Shown here one piece after another: positions 1 to 13,810 of a DNA stretch of 64,000 nt. Source of the stretch: Octopus vulgaris (Eukaryota); contig OX597816.1 of NCBI GenBank assembly GCA_951406725.2, positions 57,846,001 to 57,910,000 of the forward strand, in the 5' to 3' direction. How positions within the stretch are numbered: position 1 is the stretch's first letter; each line of letters opens with the position of its first letter. The notes under the pieces are model-generated. The model was not told where the DNA came from and made no database searches. It worked only from the letters and a program-made list of their open reading frames with translations. Made by a program: the position numbers and the translations under genes.

Positions 1-160
1 GACTCATCGTAGACGCGCGCTAATACTCAGACGGGCTCAATATGAATCACGACTATAAGATACCCGAATTTGGTTAAACTGCACCGCAAAATGTGGGAGT
101 AGTTAGAATCTAAATCGAAGGGGACAGACACTCACACAACTACAGTTTTATATATATAGA
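1..160 (-). mobile_element. 5' end of a non-autonomous Helitron-like element (continues out of the window)
   Basis: Minus strand reads A|TCTATATATATAAAACTGTAGTTGTG... and is closely similar to the start of the complete copy at 9595-9977. Confidence 0.7.
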
Positions 161-347
161 TATATATATATATACGTATGAGTATATGGAGTTTTCCACT
201 GTTGTCGGGCGTATACACGTATCATATCTTAGGCTGTTGGTTTGGGACTTCGTTATTTTGATACGTAACTAGTATGGGTCTACATTTAGTATACGTTGTT
301 TATTTTGGATAAATATATATATGTATGTGTATGTATGTATATATATG

Positions 348-1400
<1,053 letters not shown>

Positions 1401-1412
1401 CATGTATATATA

Positions 1413-2685
1413 CGAGGGACGTTCAATAAGTAATGCCTCTGACCCACTTGCAGTTGTTTGATCTAGCTGAAATTTTGCATGTGCAATCATTTATATCTCA
1501 TTTATATCTCTGAATTAATTGTGGTTTCTGATTTACAGGTGTTTGAACCGAGTCAAGTGTGAAATGGAGCCTGTTGAGTGTCGAGCAATGATCCGGTTTT
1601 TGTATTTGAAAGGACGCACACCACGGGAGACTTTTGATGAAATGAAAGTAACTTATGGTGATGATGCCCCATCATATGACCTTGTAAAACGCTGGCATCG
1701 TGAATTCAAACATGGTCGGAACTCTGTGGAAACAGCTCCCAGATCTGGTCGCCCCTTCTGCCATTGATGAGGCATCTGTCCGTCAAGTTGAAGCTGCCAT
1801 TTTGGAAGATCGACGCATAATTATTCGCCAAATAGCCCATGAGGTCAAGATTAGTACCGGGTCTGTGGAAACTATCATTCATGATCATTTGCATATGCAA
1901 AAGGTGTCTGCCAGATGGATTCCCAGGTTGCTCACGCCTTTCCAGAAGCAAGAACGCGTCGAGTGCTCGAGGGTGAATTTGGAGATGTGCCAAGAAGATG
2001 AGTAAAAATTTTTCAAAAGACTGATTACACAGGATGAAATCTGGGTCCATCACGATGATCCAGAGACCAAAGCCCAGTCAATGCAGTGGAAGCACCGTGA
2101 CTCACCCCCTCCAAAGAAGGCAAGGGTGCAGCCCTCCGCTGGCAAGGTCATGCTCACAGTCTTCTGGGACCAGGACGGAGTAGTGATGACAGATTTCCTT
2201 GCAAAGGGTACCACAATTGCAGGAGCCTATTATGCTTCACTTTTGAGGAAATTAAGAGAAGTTATCAAAATCAAGAGGCGGGGCAAGATCAGCAAAGGCA
2301 TCCTCCTCCTGCAGGACAACGCTCCGGTCGACAACTCGCTTGTCGCCAGATCAGAAGCACAGGCGTATGGCTATGAACTCCTCCCCATCCCCCTACTTTC
2401 CTGACCTTGCACCCTCTGATTTTCACCTCTTCCCAATCATGAAGTTGTTTTTGAAAGGAAAGCGTTTCCCAGATGATGCAGCCTTGATTTCTGAAGTCAC
2501 GTTCAGGTTGGAGGACCAAGCTGGGGTCTTCTACAAAAACGGTCTCCAGAGCTGCATCAAACAATGGGAGAAATGCGTAACTCTGGGTGGTTGCTATGTA
2601 GAAAAAGACTAATAACTGTGCCAAGTTTCGTTGCTCTACTGCTATGGGAAGTGGGTCAGGGGCATTACTTATTGAACGTCCCTCG
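1413..2685 (+). mobile_element. Mariner (DD34D) transposon, full length, inactive
   Basis: 37-bp TIRs CGAGGGACGTTCAATAAGTAATGCC(T/C)CTGACCCACTT with TA on both sides. Confidence 0.95.
1564..2612 (+). pseudogene. Mariner transposase pseudogene
   Basis: WIPRLL, QDEIW, LQDNAP and PYFPDLAPSDF motifs; frameshifts near 1755 and 2390, stop at 2003-2005. Confidence 0.92.
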
Positions 2686-2828
2686 TATGTACTTGCTTAT
2701 ATTTTGTGTGTATGTGTATGTATTTGTCTGTATGTATATGTATATATATGTATTTGTATATGTTTATGTGTAGGTGTGTGTATTAGTCTACACATACTTG
2801 TGTATATTTATGTGGATATATGTGATTG

Positions 2829-2895
<67 letters not shown>

Positions 2896-3086
2896 TACAA
2901 AATTAGAGAATGGAGAAACATACTTAAATCAATAAAGCATCAACTATCCGATGATACCCAATCAATACTTTAATACACCATTACATATGAGTAAAGGCAT
3001 TATACAAAATGAGATATACAGTAATAGTAAAAAGATAAAGAGATATAAGTAAAAAATTTCAAATATAATATGCAATTAAATCAAAA

Positions 3087-3194
3087 CTGACAGCTGTTTC
3101 GGCAGTGAGGGCAGTCATACCTCATTTAACCTCTAAGCCATAAAGGCAGGTATAAATGAGGCATTAACAAGGATGCCCCACGGCCTCTTCAGAG
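3087..3194 (-). ncRNA. Type I hammerhead ribozyme with ~90-nt extended stem II
   Basis: Minus strand CTGAAGA-GGC...GCC-GAAA-CAGCTG-TC (GUC site); the insert folds as a long hairpin (GTGGGGCA/TGCCCTCAC, TGCCTCATTTA/TAAATGAGGTA); stem I is weak. Confidence 0.8.
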
Positions 3195-4134
3195 AATTAA
3201 ATTAAATTTGTTATAATTGTGAAAAATATTATATAACCATATACATATAAATATAAAAATATAAAAATGTAAAATATAAAAACTTATACATCATAATGCT
3301 ACACTTATATAATATAATATTCATAGGTACAATAAAGGAAGGTAAACAGAACAAAATAAAACAAAATATATATCAGTGTATATATTAATATTAATAAGTA
3401 CCGATATTATACATATCTTCCTTGTAAGCTTTCCCATGTATTTGTTTGGCAGTCTTATATATTAAGTTCTCTATTATTATTATTATAACTATTATTATTA
3501 TTTTATTTTATTTTTTATTCATTATTTATTATTTTTTATTTATTTATTTTTATTTATTTATTTATTTATTTTTAATTTAATTTAATTTTTTTTCTCTTTT
3601 TTCTAGTTACTGGCACCTATTAAATTATGATTAATTTATATCTTACGTTTTATATTTATTAATATTTTCTGTTAGCATATTGTGAGTTCAAATGCTGGGA
3701 TTTCATTGGTTAAAATTCGAATAATTAAACTACGTTAAACTTAGAAATTACAATTTCGTTTTCAATTTGGTTTACAATTAATGTTTTCTTTTGACATATT
3801 TCTACCAGTATACGAAGTTTCAAATATTTTAGTTAATTAGAAAATTCCGTCCATGAAAAGGGAAAGATCCAAAGATCCTGTATGGATATGTATCTATATG
3901 TTCTTCGGTTGTTTGGTTATGCATGAATATATATATAGGCACAGATATATATACGTGTATATCTGTAATTTCGTAAGTATATGTGGATATGTTAACATGT
4001 GTTCATATGTATATGTAGATATATATGTATACGTATATTTATATGTATATATATATATATATCCATGGGTGGATATATGTGTATATGTGTTTTTTCTTCT
4101 TTTTTATACATATGAATACAGATATGAGTGTGTA

Positions 4135-4356
4135 TACTCTTTCTCTCACTCTTACTTGTTTCAGTCATTTGACTGTGGCCATGCTGGAGCACCGCCTTTA
4201 GTCGAGCAAATCGACCCCGGGACTTATTCTTTGTAAGCCCAATACTTATTCTATCGGTCTTTTTTGCCGAACCGCTAAGTGACGGGGACGTAAACACACC
4301 AGCATCGGTTGTCAAGCAATGCTAGGGGGACAAACACAGACACACAAACACACACA

Positions 4357-4412
<56 letters not shown>

Positions 4413-4578
4413 TACGACAGGCTTCTTTCAGTTTCCGTCTACCAAATCCACTCACAAGGCATTGGTCGGCCCGGGGCTATAGCAGAAGACACTTGCCCAA
4501 GATGCCACGCAGTGGGACTGAACCCGGAACCATGTGGTTGGTTAGCAAGCTACTTACCACACAGCCACTCCTGCGCCT
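4135..4578 (-). mobile_element. tRNA-derived CORE-type composite SINE (head, CORE, microsatellite, 3' module)
   Basis: Head GGCGCAGGAGTGGCTGTGTGGTAAG...GGTTCAGTCCC, CORE-like TGGCATCTTGGGCAAGTG, tail GGTGCTCCAGCATGGCC...GAAACAAGTAAGAG; many copies in the window. Confidence 0.85.
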
Positions 4579-4876
4579 ATGTATGTATGTATATGCAAGT
4601 GTTTGCGGATGCGGTACATGCGAGTGTATATATATATATATGGATATGGATATGTGCGGGTGTACGTATGTGTGTGTGTATGTATGTTGGTGCAGTTTTC
4701 CCATGCCTATATTTGTTTATTAGTGAAGGTCTGAGTGGGAACACAGTCGAAATTGTGGCCATCTGGTAGGTTCAACAACACGATAAATGTTTACGAAATA
4801 TACGCTGTAATTTTAATTATGTTTCTTATGCTAATAAAGTATTTCGACTGGGTATGGGTGCCTGCTTGTATGCATG

Positions 4877-5101
4877 GCGAGCTGGCAGACACGTTAGCGC
4901 GCCGGGCGAAATGCTTAGCGGTATTTCGTCTGTCGTTACGTTCTGAGTTCAAATTCCGCCGGGGTCGACTTTGCCTTTCATCCTTTCGGGGTCGATAAAT
5001 AAAGTACCAGTTTTGCACTGGGGTCGATGTAATCGACTTAATCCCTTTGTCTGTTCTTGTTTGTCCCCTCTATGTTTAGCCCCTTGCGGGCAATAAAGAA
5101 A
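4877..5101 (+). mobile_element. tRNA-derived SINE with Nin-like central domain and Tx1-like 3' tail
   Basis: B box GAGTTCAAATTCC; Nin-like GCCTTTCATCCTTTCGGGGTCGATAAA; tail TGTCCCCTCTATGTTTAGCCCCTTGCGGGCAATAAAG. Confidence 0.8.
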
Positions 5102-5539
5102 TGTATATATATTTATGGATATACGTGAGTAGTTATGTATGTAAACATATATGTGTGTATGTAAGCTAGTATTTCCTGTATTGTGATTTATCCATGTATA
5201 TATGTGTAAGCGCACATATTCGTGTATACGTATGTGAGTATTTTTAAGAAACCAACCGTAACGAAGACAATTGAAATTCAAATGCGCAGGCCAATCGCAT
5301 TGGCTGTTCGATATCTAACGATCTCTGAACTTAATGCTTTGCATATATATCAGTCCGGGTAAACGCTTGTACACCTGTGGAATTTTCTACTATGTAAATC
5401 AATGTTTTCCATATTTCTTTTTATATGTATCTGCCGATCGTAATGCTTTGCATGGTACTGTATTATTGTTGTTGTTGTTTTTGCTATTATGTTGCTAACC
5501 GCGTGATGCATATATTGTTTTGCTGGTATTAATGCCCTT

Positions 5540-5574
<35 letters not shown>

Positions 5575-5772
5575 TATTGGTTGCAATAGTGGCAATGGTA
5601 ATAGTAATGATATTAATATTAATGGCATTTTGTAACTTAATATAATGAATTATTGACTTTGTATATCTGCATTTGAATATAGATATGTGTATGTTTCTAT
5701 ATTGTAATACTTTAATATATTGTTGTGACTAACTGTAACCTTGAATATAGAACACATGTATGTATATTGCTG

Positions 5773-5819
<47 letters not shown>

Positions 5820-5920
5820 AGTATGGATATATGCACTCATATGTATGTGTATATTATATTATATATTATGGGTATGTACCCACTATTGTATTTTCATATT
5901 TAATTTAGTTTGTTCTTCAT

Positions 5921-6048
5921 AGTCTCTGAAGAGGCTTTGGGATATTTTTGTAAGTGTCTCATTTATAACTAAATATTTACCTATCACACCTGGCTAACAT
6001 GAGCATAATGAGGCACCCATATCTGCATGGCTGAAACAGCTGTGAGAT
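5921..6048 (+). ncRNA. Hammerhead motif with extended stem II, same family as 3087-3194 (GUG site, probably inactive)
   Basis: TCT-CTGAAGA-GGC...GCT-GAAA-CAGCTG-TG-AGA; downstream 6180-6250 is homologous to the reverse complement of 2895-2980. Confidence 0.7.
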
Positions 6049-6243
6049 GTAGTTTATATTTATATTTGTATTTATTTATATTCACTTATACATACTGTAC
6101 TTATTGTATCATATTACTCTTTCATGTACATTGTTTTGTTCTATATTATTATGTTTGACTTTAATGTTCATATGTAGAGGTTTAATAAATTATGTGATTG
6201 GGTATTATCTGGTAGTTGATCATTGATTAAGATGTGTTTCTCC

Positions 6244-6326
<83 letters not shown>

Positions 6327-6441
6327 CAAAGTGAAGTTGTAAGATACCGCACGAGTGGAAATATATATGAGAGAAGGTTTGAAAATGGAATTTTAAAAGG
6401 TAAATAAACACCTTTTAAAATTGCATTTTCAAACCTTCTTT

Positions 6442-6506
<65 letters not shown>

Positions 6507-7068
6507 GAAAGAAGGTTTGAAAATGTAATTTTAAAAGATGTTTATTTACTTTACCGGTTTCACTCTTTGGAGTGTTGTTATTAAATCATTGATGCATGAA
6601 GGAGAGACAAAAAGGAGAAATTCTTTTCAGTTCCACATTACTCTTCCTTCCCCCCCACTCAAACACACCTACAGTGTCCCTTGAAATAGATAATATTCTT
6701 TTACATGAACATGGTGGACAGGACAGTTTTAGCTTCCCTACTATTATAATGTAAACCTTTTTGAACTCATAATATTCTGTGTGTATACCAATATTCCACA
6801 TAATTTTTTAATAACTCCTTCTGGAAATTATCTTTTACTTTTTTTGAGAATGTTGTAATCTTTTGTCCCCAATATTTCAATGAACTTGTTAAACTTTTTA
6901 TGTTCTTAACATGCTCTTGTCACCAAAGAATGTATATATATGTATTGTAGTACTCTGTGACAACCAATATTCTGTGCGTATTTGAATATACAGATACAAT
7001 ATCAATATCCCACTCAACTTTTTAACAATTCCTTCTGGAAACTATCTTTAACATTTTCTTGATTCTCC

Positions 7069-7102
<34 letters not shown>

Positions 7103-7104
7103 TC

Positions 7105-8077
7105 ATAAATGAGGGTGAAAAATTAGATATTAATTTAATAATACCGTCAGTTTAACACCAAGTGGCCTAGCACATAAAAACCAGGGAGACTGTACAAATT
7201 TATACATAAATATAAGAGAGTTAACGTTAAGTGGTTAACTCTAGTGCTAGAAATAGCTCCTTATTCTGGTATAGCCACCGAAGTTGTTTCCACAGAAGAA
7301 ATAACATTACCTTCAACGTAAGGGAAGCGAAATAGAACGAAAAGATAGATTAATGCTGGACAATTGTTTCTTTATCAACATAATATGCAAGTATACTCAC
7401 ATATTTGTCTATAAGTCATCGGCAGCATTTGTCCTCGATACAATTTATCAGACCCTCTCGGTCGATAAATACCCCTGCGGTCTGATCGATTGCATACATA
7501 GTTGTGGTTTAGCCTCCCGCCAAAAGCATGCTAAGACTCAGTGGAAACCAATATTCAATTTTCTCACCCTTATTAGTTGATTGTAATTATATTACATTTA
7601 ATTTTGGATGTAGTTCCGTGAATTTTGGCAGGCTGTGGCAGGGGCACTTGAATTATAACAACGAATGCAATCGACTGAACTGCACGTGTGCTTATCGTTA
7701 TGGTAAAATCTAGCGTGCGGTTGAGTAAATTGTATTCTGGACGGGTTCGGCTGAGGAGCTACAGATATGTTATGTGAGTAAAATTACATAATTTATTAAT
7801 AGCGAAACAATTGTCCTGAACTAATCTGCATTTTTGTTATTTGTATTTGCCCTGTTCGTTTGCGCTAGTAGTCGTGCTAACTTTCATCGGAAACAACTCT
7901 TTGTGGCTGAAACCTAGCGGATCTATTTTTAGTGCTAGAGTCAACCACATAGTGGTTACTCTCTTATATTTATGTATAAAATTTATTGTATTTCTGGTTT
8001 TTATGCACTAAGCCACTTGGTGTTAAATGGATGTACTATTAAATTAGTATCCAATTTTCTCACCCTTATTAGTTGAG
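7105..8077. mobile_element. TA-flanked element with ~185-bp imperfect terminal inverted repeats
   Basis: 7105-7290 is an inverted copy of 7885-8075; the terminus CAATTTTCTCACCCTTATTAGTTGA recurs at 7556-7580. Confidence 0.6.
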
Positions 8078-8605
8078 TATATATATATATGTATGTATGT
8101 ATGTATGTATGGACCTCACTGGGTCCTGCTTAAGATTCAAACCCAAATCCACTAGCTCTTGTTTGTCAAACAGGTCTGAAATCCCATTGTGTTTGCATCT
8201 CCACACCAGATGATGAACATGAAACATTTGACCTCCTGGGACCTTGCTGGTCACTGAAGGGTCATTTCTTTGTTTAGGATTTGACCTACATCCTGTCCAT
8301 AGACTATGTAACACAGAGCATTTCCTTCTCTGATATATTTGGTTGGTCTAACCGATGGGCATTGAACACATATTCATGTCAACCGTGGCTAAGAGCAACA
8401 CTTCTCTTTAAATTTCTGGCAGCATTCGAAGAGCAGCTTTCGAATGGAACCCAAAAAGGACAATGCCACCTTCATCCTTTCTTCCTCTCTGTTAGCAGAG
8501 TGCAATGGTTACTCATTCTCTCTCTATCAGCAGAATGCACAACTACCAACCAGTGAGCAAAGCTTTGTCACTATCAACTATGTGCAATTACTGCTGTCTT
8601 ACTTA

Positions 8606-9032
8606 CAGAGCTAGAATAAAGACCCGTTGAGGCCCTAAGCACTTAAAAAATGTTGGTGCCCCCGTAAAAGATTATGCAATTCAAAATATAAACAATAACA
8701 AACCATAAAATAAATTTTTATTTTTCAAAACGAAACAAAACAGTAATAGGGAAAATAATGTTTATTTTTGTTTAATTCCACTTTATTTATATTTGAAAAG
8801 TTTCCTCCTACTTTTTTGAATTGCAGAGTTTTTGATGAGATCCTCAAAATTAATCTTAGGTAACACATTTGCATCTATACTCAGTAGAGAAAAGGCATCC
8901 CGAATATTATTTCAGCAAGTTTAAAGTGATTTCTTTTGTGCCGTCAACCATTTACTATTTCAGTGGTACCCCTTCCTTCTCTTGATACCATAAGCATGTT
9001 GCTTATTTTGCTTAATGGTTAATCCAGCGCTG
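8606..9032 (-). mobile_element. Internally deleted hAT (Tip100-like) element
   Basis: Ends CAGAGCTAGAATAA / TTAATCCAGCGCTG; 8-bp TSD CTTACTTA/CTTACTAA; minus-strand remnant of the hAT C-terminus (AFSLLSIDANVLPKINFEDLIKNSAIQKSRR). Confidence 0.75.
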
Positions 9033-9594
9033 CTTACTAACAACTGCTGGCAAATAGATCTATAAATATTTTATATTCTTTAGTGCTTTTCTTCATTCGG
9101 TATCTCCGATGTGAGAATCTTACACCTTCAAATCAACAAGCATTACATAATCCCGTCCCATTTGGTAACTCTGACGCAGACAGTTACCGCTACATAGATA
9201 TAGAATCTTCTTTCAGTTTCAGTCTAATCAAATCCATTCACAAGGCTTCAGTTGACCCAAGGCTATAGTAGAAGACACTTGCCCGAAGTGTCTCGCAGTG
9301 GGTCTGAACCTGGAACCATGTGGTTGGGAAGCAAGCTGCTTACCACACAGGTACGAATCAGATGGTTTTAAATTTTGTCACAAGGTCGGGGCAAGTCGAT
9401 TATATCGACCGCAGTGCTCAATTGGGATCTATGAACTCGGAACGTAAAGACTGACGTAACACCGCTAAGCATTCTTACCCCCGGCGCTAACGATGATTGA
9501 ATCAAATAATGAATCACAGTGAGACGAGAGGAAAACTCTGCAAGGGAGGTAAGTCACATGTTGGAAGGGAGGCAACTTTCTATTGGCAAATTTA

Positions 9595-9977
9595 TCTTTA
9601 TATATAAAAGTAAGGTTGTGTGTCTGTCTCCTACGATTTAGATTCCTAACTACTCCCACATTTTGCGGTGCAGTTTAACCAAAACCGGGTATCTTATAGT
9701 GGTGATTCATATCGAGCCCTTCTGGGTATTAGCGCGCGTCTCCGATGAGTCTACGATTTAAAAAAAAAATTACCATAATTTTTTTCCATTTTAATGCATT
9801 TTTCGCTATTATATAAGGGAAGTAACTCTCTAAAAATGTCTACGATGAGTCAACGATTTAAAAAAAAATTACCATAATTTTTTTTCCATTTTTAATGCAT
9901 TTTTTGGCTATAACTCTAAAAATGTTTATATAGTTATTTCCCTTATAAACCCGAGCAACGCCGGGAGATACTGCTAG
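9595..9977 (+). mobile_element. Complete non-autonomous Helitron
   Basis: Inserted between A and T; 5' TC; subterminal hairpin CCCGAGCAACGCCGGG (9950-9965); 3' CTAG; internal ~95-bp duplication. Confidence 0.85.
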
Positions 9978-10059
9978 TTTTATATAAGAATTAGTGAAAA
10001 TAACTTTAATTACATATCACCAAATAATGACAAGATACAAAATAATATTGAGAGTTGAA

Positions 10060-12102
10060 GATTTTGGCCAAAGTGTTATCGAAAAGATTGGCGCGTGTCG
10101 CGGATGGTATGATCGGGGGAGGCACAGACATGTGCCGTTCCCGTCAGAACCATTCAGGATAATCTCCATCTTATGCGGTACACTTTAGAGGGGTTTAATA
10201 GTGATTCTGGCAAAGGTGGGGCGCTGGTCCATTTAGACCAATCTAAGGCTTTTGATAGGGTTGACCATCGCTACCTGGTGTTCGTTCTGGCGCAGTTCGG
10301 CTTGGGTCTTGGCTTCCTCAGGTGGATCATTCAGATTTACGACAACATCGACTCGGTAGTTCGGGTGAACGACTTCTTATCGAAGCCGTTCAACATCAAA
10401 CTCTCGGTTCGTGAAGCGTGTCCGCTTTCCCCGCTTTTGTACGTGATGGCTCTTGAGCCATTACTGCGAAAATTGAGCGGCATCCCGAGACAGCCAGGTT
10501 GTAGAAAATCGGTGTCAGCTTACGCGGATGACATCACCATCATCGTAACCGAAGTGGATCACCTACAGAGGGTAGGCAAGGCCATAGAGGTTTACGAGAC
10601 TGTGGCAGGAGCAAAAGTTAATCGTGAAAAGTCAGTCGGCTTGCAGCTCGGCTCCTGGAGAGGCAAGTCGATGCCTCCTGACAGCGTCGTGGGACGTTGG
10701 ACGGAGGGTCCGATTAAGTTTGCTAGGGGTTTGGTTTGGACCAGACCTCCAAATAGAGAAGAACTGGGCCGAGGTATCGAGCAGGGTGGCTGCAGTAGTC
10801 AAGACCTGGTCTTGGCGGTGGCTATCCCTGAAAGGAAGGGCGGAGGTAGCCAATGTGTTTATCGCATCGGTCATCACCTACCGCCTATCCGTCGTTCCTT
10901 GCGCTGATTCATGGTTGATCAAGTTGGAAAGACAACTCTTTCACTTTTTGTGGAGGGGCTCGAAACCGCTTGTGAAACGCTCTACTTGCTGTCAACAACC
11001 GTTAAAGGGTGGGCTAGGGATGCCTTGGCTGATGATGCGCAGAGGTCGAGGCATCTGTGGCTCTACCTGGATGGTGAACGGGTGTGGTCTCCGCAGGCAA
11101 AACTGATGTTTCCCAAGTTTACTAGTTTCGGTGGATGGGAAACCTGGTTGAATCGAAGATCAAAACTGGGCACATGGTTTACGGAGTGTCGCAAGGCTCT
11201 CCTGCTATTCCGTCGCTCGGGCAACGCCTGCGGTGGGGGTTCCACTAAATTATTCTATAGAAGGCTGGTGGAGGCGGAATGTGACGATACTTTAGGGGAA
11301 ACCCTAGGTCTCGATGATAATCAGCTGGCCAGTCTGTTCCGACGTACATTCGGGCCGAAGACCCTGGACAACTTTCAGAAGTCTCTGGCATGGCAATGTT
11401 ACAGAGGAGCAATACCTGTTCGGGACAAACTCGCAAGGCATGGTGGCCGAGGCAATCCGACATGTCCAAGATGCGAGCGGTATTGGGAAACCGTCCCACA
11501 TGCTATTGTTCAATGTTCGGAGGTGTGGGTTTATGCCGAACTGTTGTCAAACACACGAAGAGTACAGCTGTCGACTGAGTCTATTGTAAAAATTGACCCA
11601 CCGGATTTCCTCTCGAAAGAAGGTAAGAATTGTTTTCTCATTGTAGTTGCAATTGCGAGAGAGGTGATTTGGAAGACGAGGCTGAAAGGTATAGAGTCAG
11701 GCAATTTCATCTCTGGCCCTGGATTGATGAATTACTTCATCTTCCACCTGAAAAGGAAAATAGGGCTGGAAAGAAAATGCCTGACTGAGAAAGTGTTCGA
11801 AAAAAGATGGAAGAATGTAGCACAGATGTTGCGTATGAATGGTACCACATAAATGTGGGACATGATGAAACCAAGGTATTAGTGGTGAGGCAGGGCTCGT
11901 GGGGTCCGAGCTAAACCCGACCCCCACTCCATCTGTAATGTCTTCCGGTCTGTTCCATCATCCGATTTTTCAATTTTATTGTGATTCGTAATTATGTGTT
12001 AAAATTTTAAAATTCATCATCTATGTAAAACCATTCGTAAATCTGACCCCAAATCAGATTGTGTTGTCCCCTCTTTGTTCGCCCCTTGTGGGTAATAAAA
12101 AA
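10060..12102 (+). mobile_element. 5'-truncated Tx1/L1-clade LINE (RT plus C-terminal zinc finger, frameshifted)
   Basis: LDQSKAFDRVDH, CPLSPLLY, AYADDIT, LSLKGR, LKGGLGM and CPRC...ETVPHAIVQC across overlapping ORFs 10173-10907, 10624-11106, 10911-11852; ends at AATAAAAAA. Confidence 0.92.
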
Positions 12103-13045
12103 CCACAGCCGCTTCAACTGAGTACTGCTGTTGGTTTATTTCTTATACAGAAAGGACTATAGCTTCAACTGCGTACTGCTTTTTGATTCACCGTAAGGTT
12201 TGTTGTTATTATTATTATTGTTTAACTATTGTTATCACGTTTGTTGGTTCCTCGTAAGGGAAACGTTGTTGTGTTGCATTTGTTAAATAATTGTAAACTG
12301 TAACCCCGCCCATTTGGGAGAAGGAGCTTTGGTTATTATTTAAAAATTGAATTGTGTCCCTGTTTATGGAAATTGACAATATTTTCACCGTTTATACGGA
12401 AGCATTTTTGTTAGAATGCCTTCGATAGAAGAAAGTCCAAAAATGAATTTTGCTGCAGCCGATGGCGAGCGCGAACTCAATAAAATTAAAATGGAAGAAA
12501 TACAAACCTATTTCGGATTGATCACCGACAAAGACGATGAATCTAGGATAACACCACCAAACGAAATAAAAAATTAAAGAAAAGACTGTTGTCTATAAAG
12601 TATACAATGTAGAGAAAAAAAAAAAGATTTGAACACCTGGAGGAAAGCACCATCGAAAAGTGTCTTGGTGCGATTATGAAAGATATCTAACCAGAGGCGG
12701 TAAATTCGCCACAATAGAAGCAAGGCTCGAGTCAACGGAGCGTGCAAGGGAGTACCTTGCAAAGTGGAAATATTTTATTTTTACCTTTATATCTGGGACG
12801 TAGGACGTCCCGGATAAAAATTTAAAATGTCCCCCCAGAAGTAGAGTAGGCTGGATTGTAGCTACACTTCTATACAAGAGGGAGGACAAGATACAATTGA
12901 TCGAAATTGCAAGAGACGGGCCTACAATTCCTTCTGTTATATATTTTGAGTATTGTTATCACTAGCGATATCAAGATATAACTTTGTATTTTGTACTTTA
13001 TGTGTAGATGTATATATATAGAAGTACATGTAATATGTTACACAC

Positions 13046-13078
<33 letters not shown>

Positions 13079-13081
13079 TGC

Positions 13082-13122
13082 ACTAGCACTATGACCCGGC
13101 AACGACGGGTCATAATGCTAGT
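13082..13122. repeat. 41-bp palindrome resembling two fused Helitron 3' termini
   Basis: ACTAGCACTATGACCCG-GCAACGA-CGGGTCATAATGCTAGT. Confidence 0.6.
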
Positions 13123-13492
13123 ATATATATATATATATGAAACTTTGAATTTAGTTTATGGATCCCAGGACTACCTTTCTGCAGTTGCCAACCATTGATA
13201 TAACCCCTTCTCAACCTATTATAATACCTCTAATAATTCCCACCAATATAACTCCTATATGCCCAATAGAATAATTTAAGTTATAATTTTTTTAGAGCTG
13301 AACACGGCGCGCAAAAAGTAAATAAAAAGACGTTTCTGCAGGTGAAAACGAAGGATAGGCAAAATTTGAAACCAGTATTAACAATTTGTTGATATAGTTA
13401 TCTCCCTTGAATAACATAAACGATTTTGTGTTCTTTATTCGAATTCAAATCCTGCTGCCGGTTCTTTTGTCAATTCAACTTGCCATCCTTTT

Positions 13493-13810
13493 ATTCTTTT
13501 ACTTGTTTCAGTCATTAGACTGCGGCCATGCTGGGGCATCTCTTTGAAGAATTTTAGTCAAACGAATCGATCCCAGTCCTGCTACCGTTTTGTTGAACTG
13601 TTAAGTTATGGGACATAAACAAACCAACCACTGGCTGTCAAGTAGTGATAAGGGACAACACACACACACACATAGATATACAACGGATTTCTTTCTACTA
13701 AATATACTCACAAGACTTTGGTCGACCTGAGGCTATAACAGAAGACACTTGCTCAAGGTGCGATGCAGTGGGACGCGAACGTCTTACCATACAGTCACGC
13801 CTCTGCACCT
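13493..13810 (-). mobile_element. Degenerate CORE-type SINE copy
   Basis: Similar to 4135-4578 throughout. Confidence 0.7.

Noticed and set aside
8069-8590. Unique-looking segment with a minus-strand ORF and a possible GTGAGG donor near 8120
   Set aside because: No clear acceptor, partner exon or recognisable motif.
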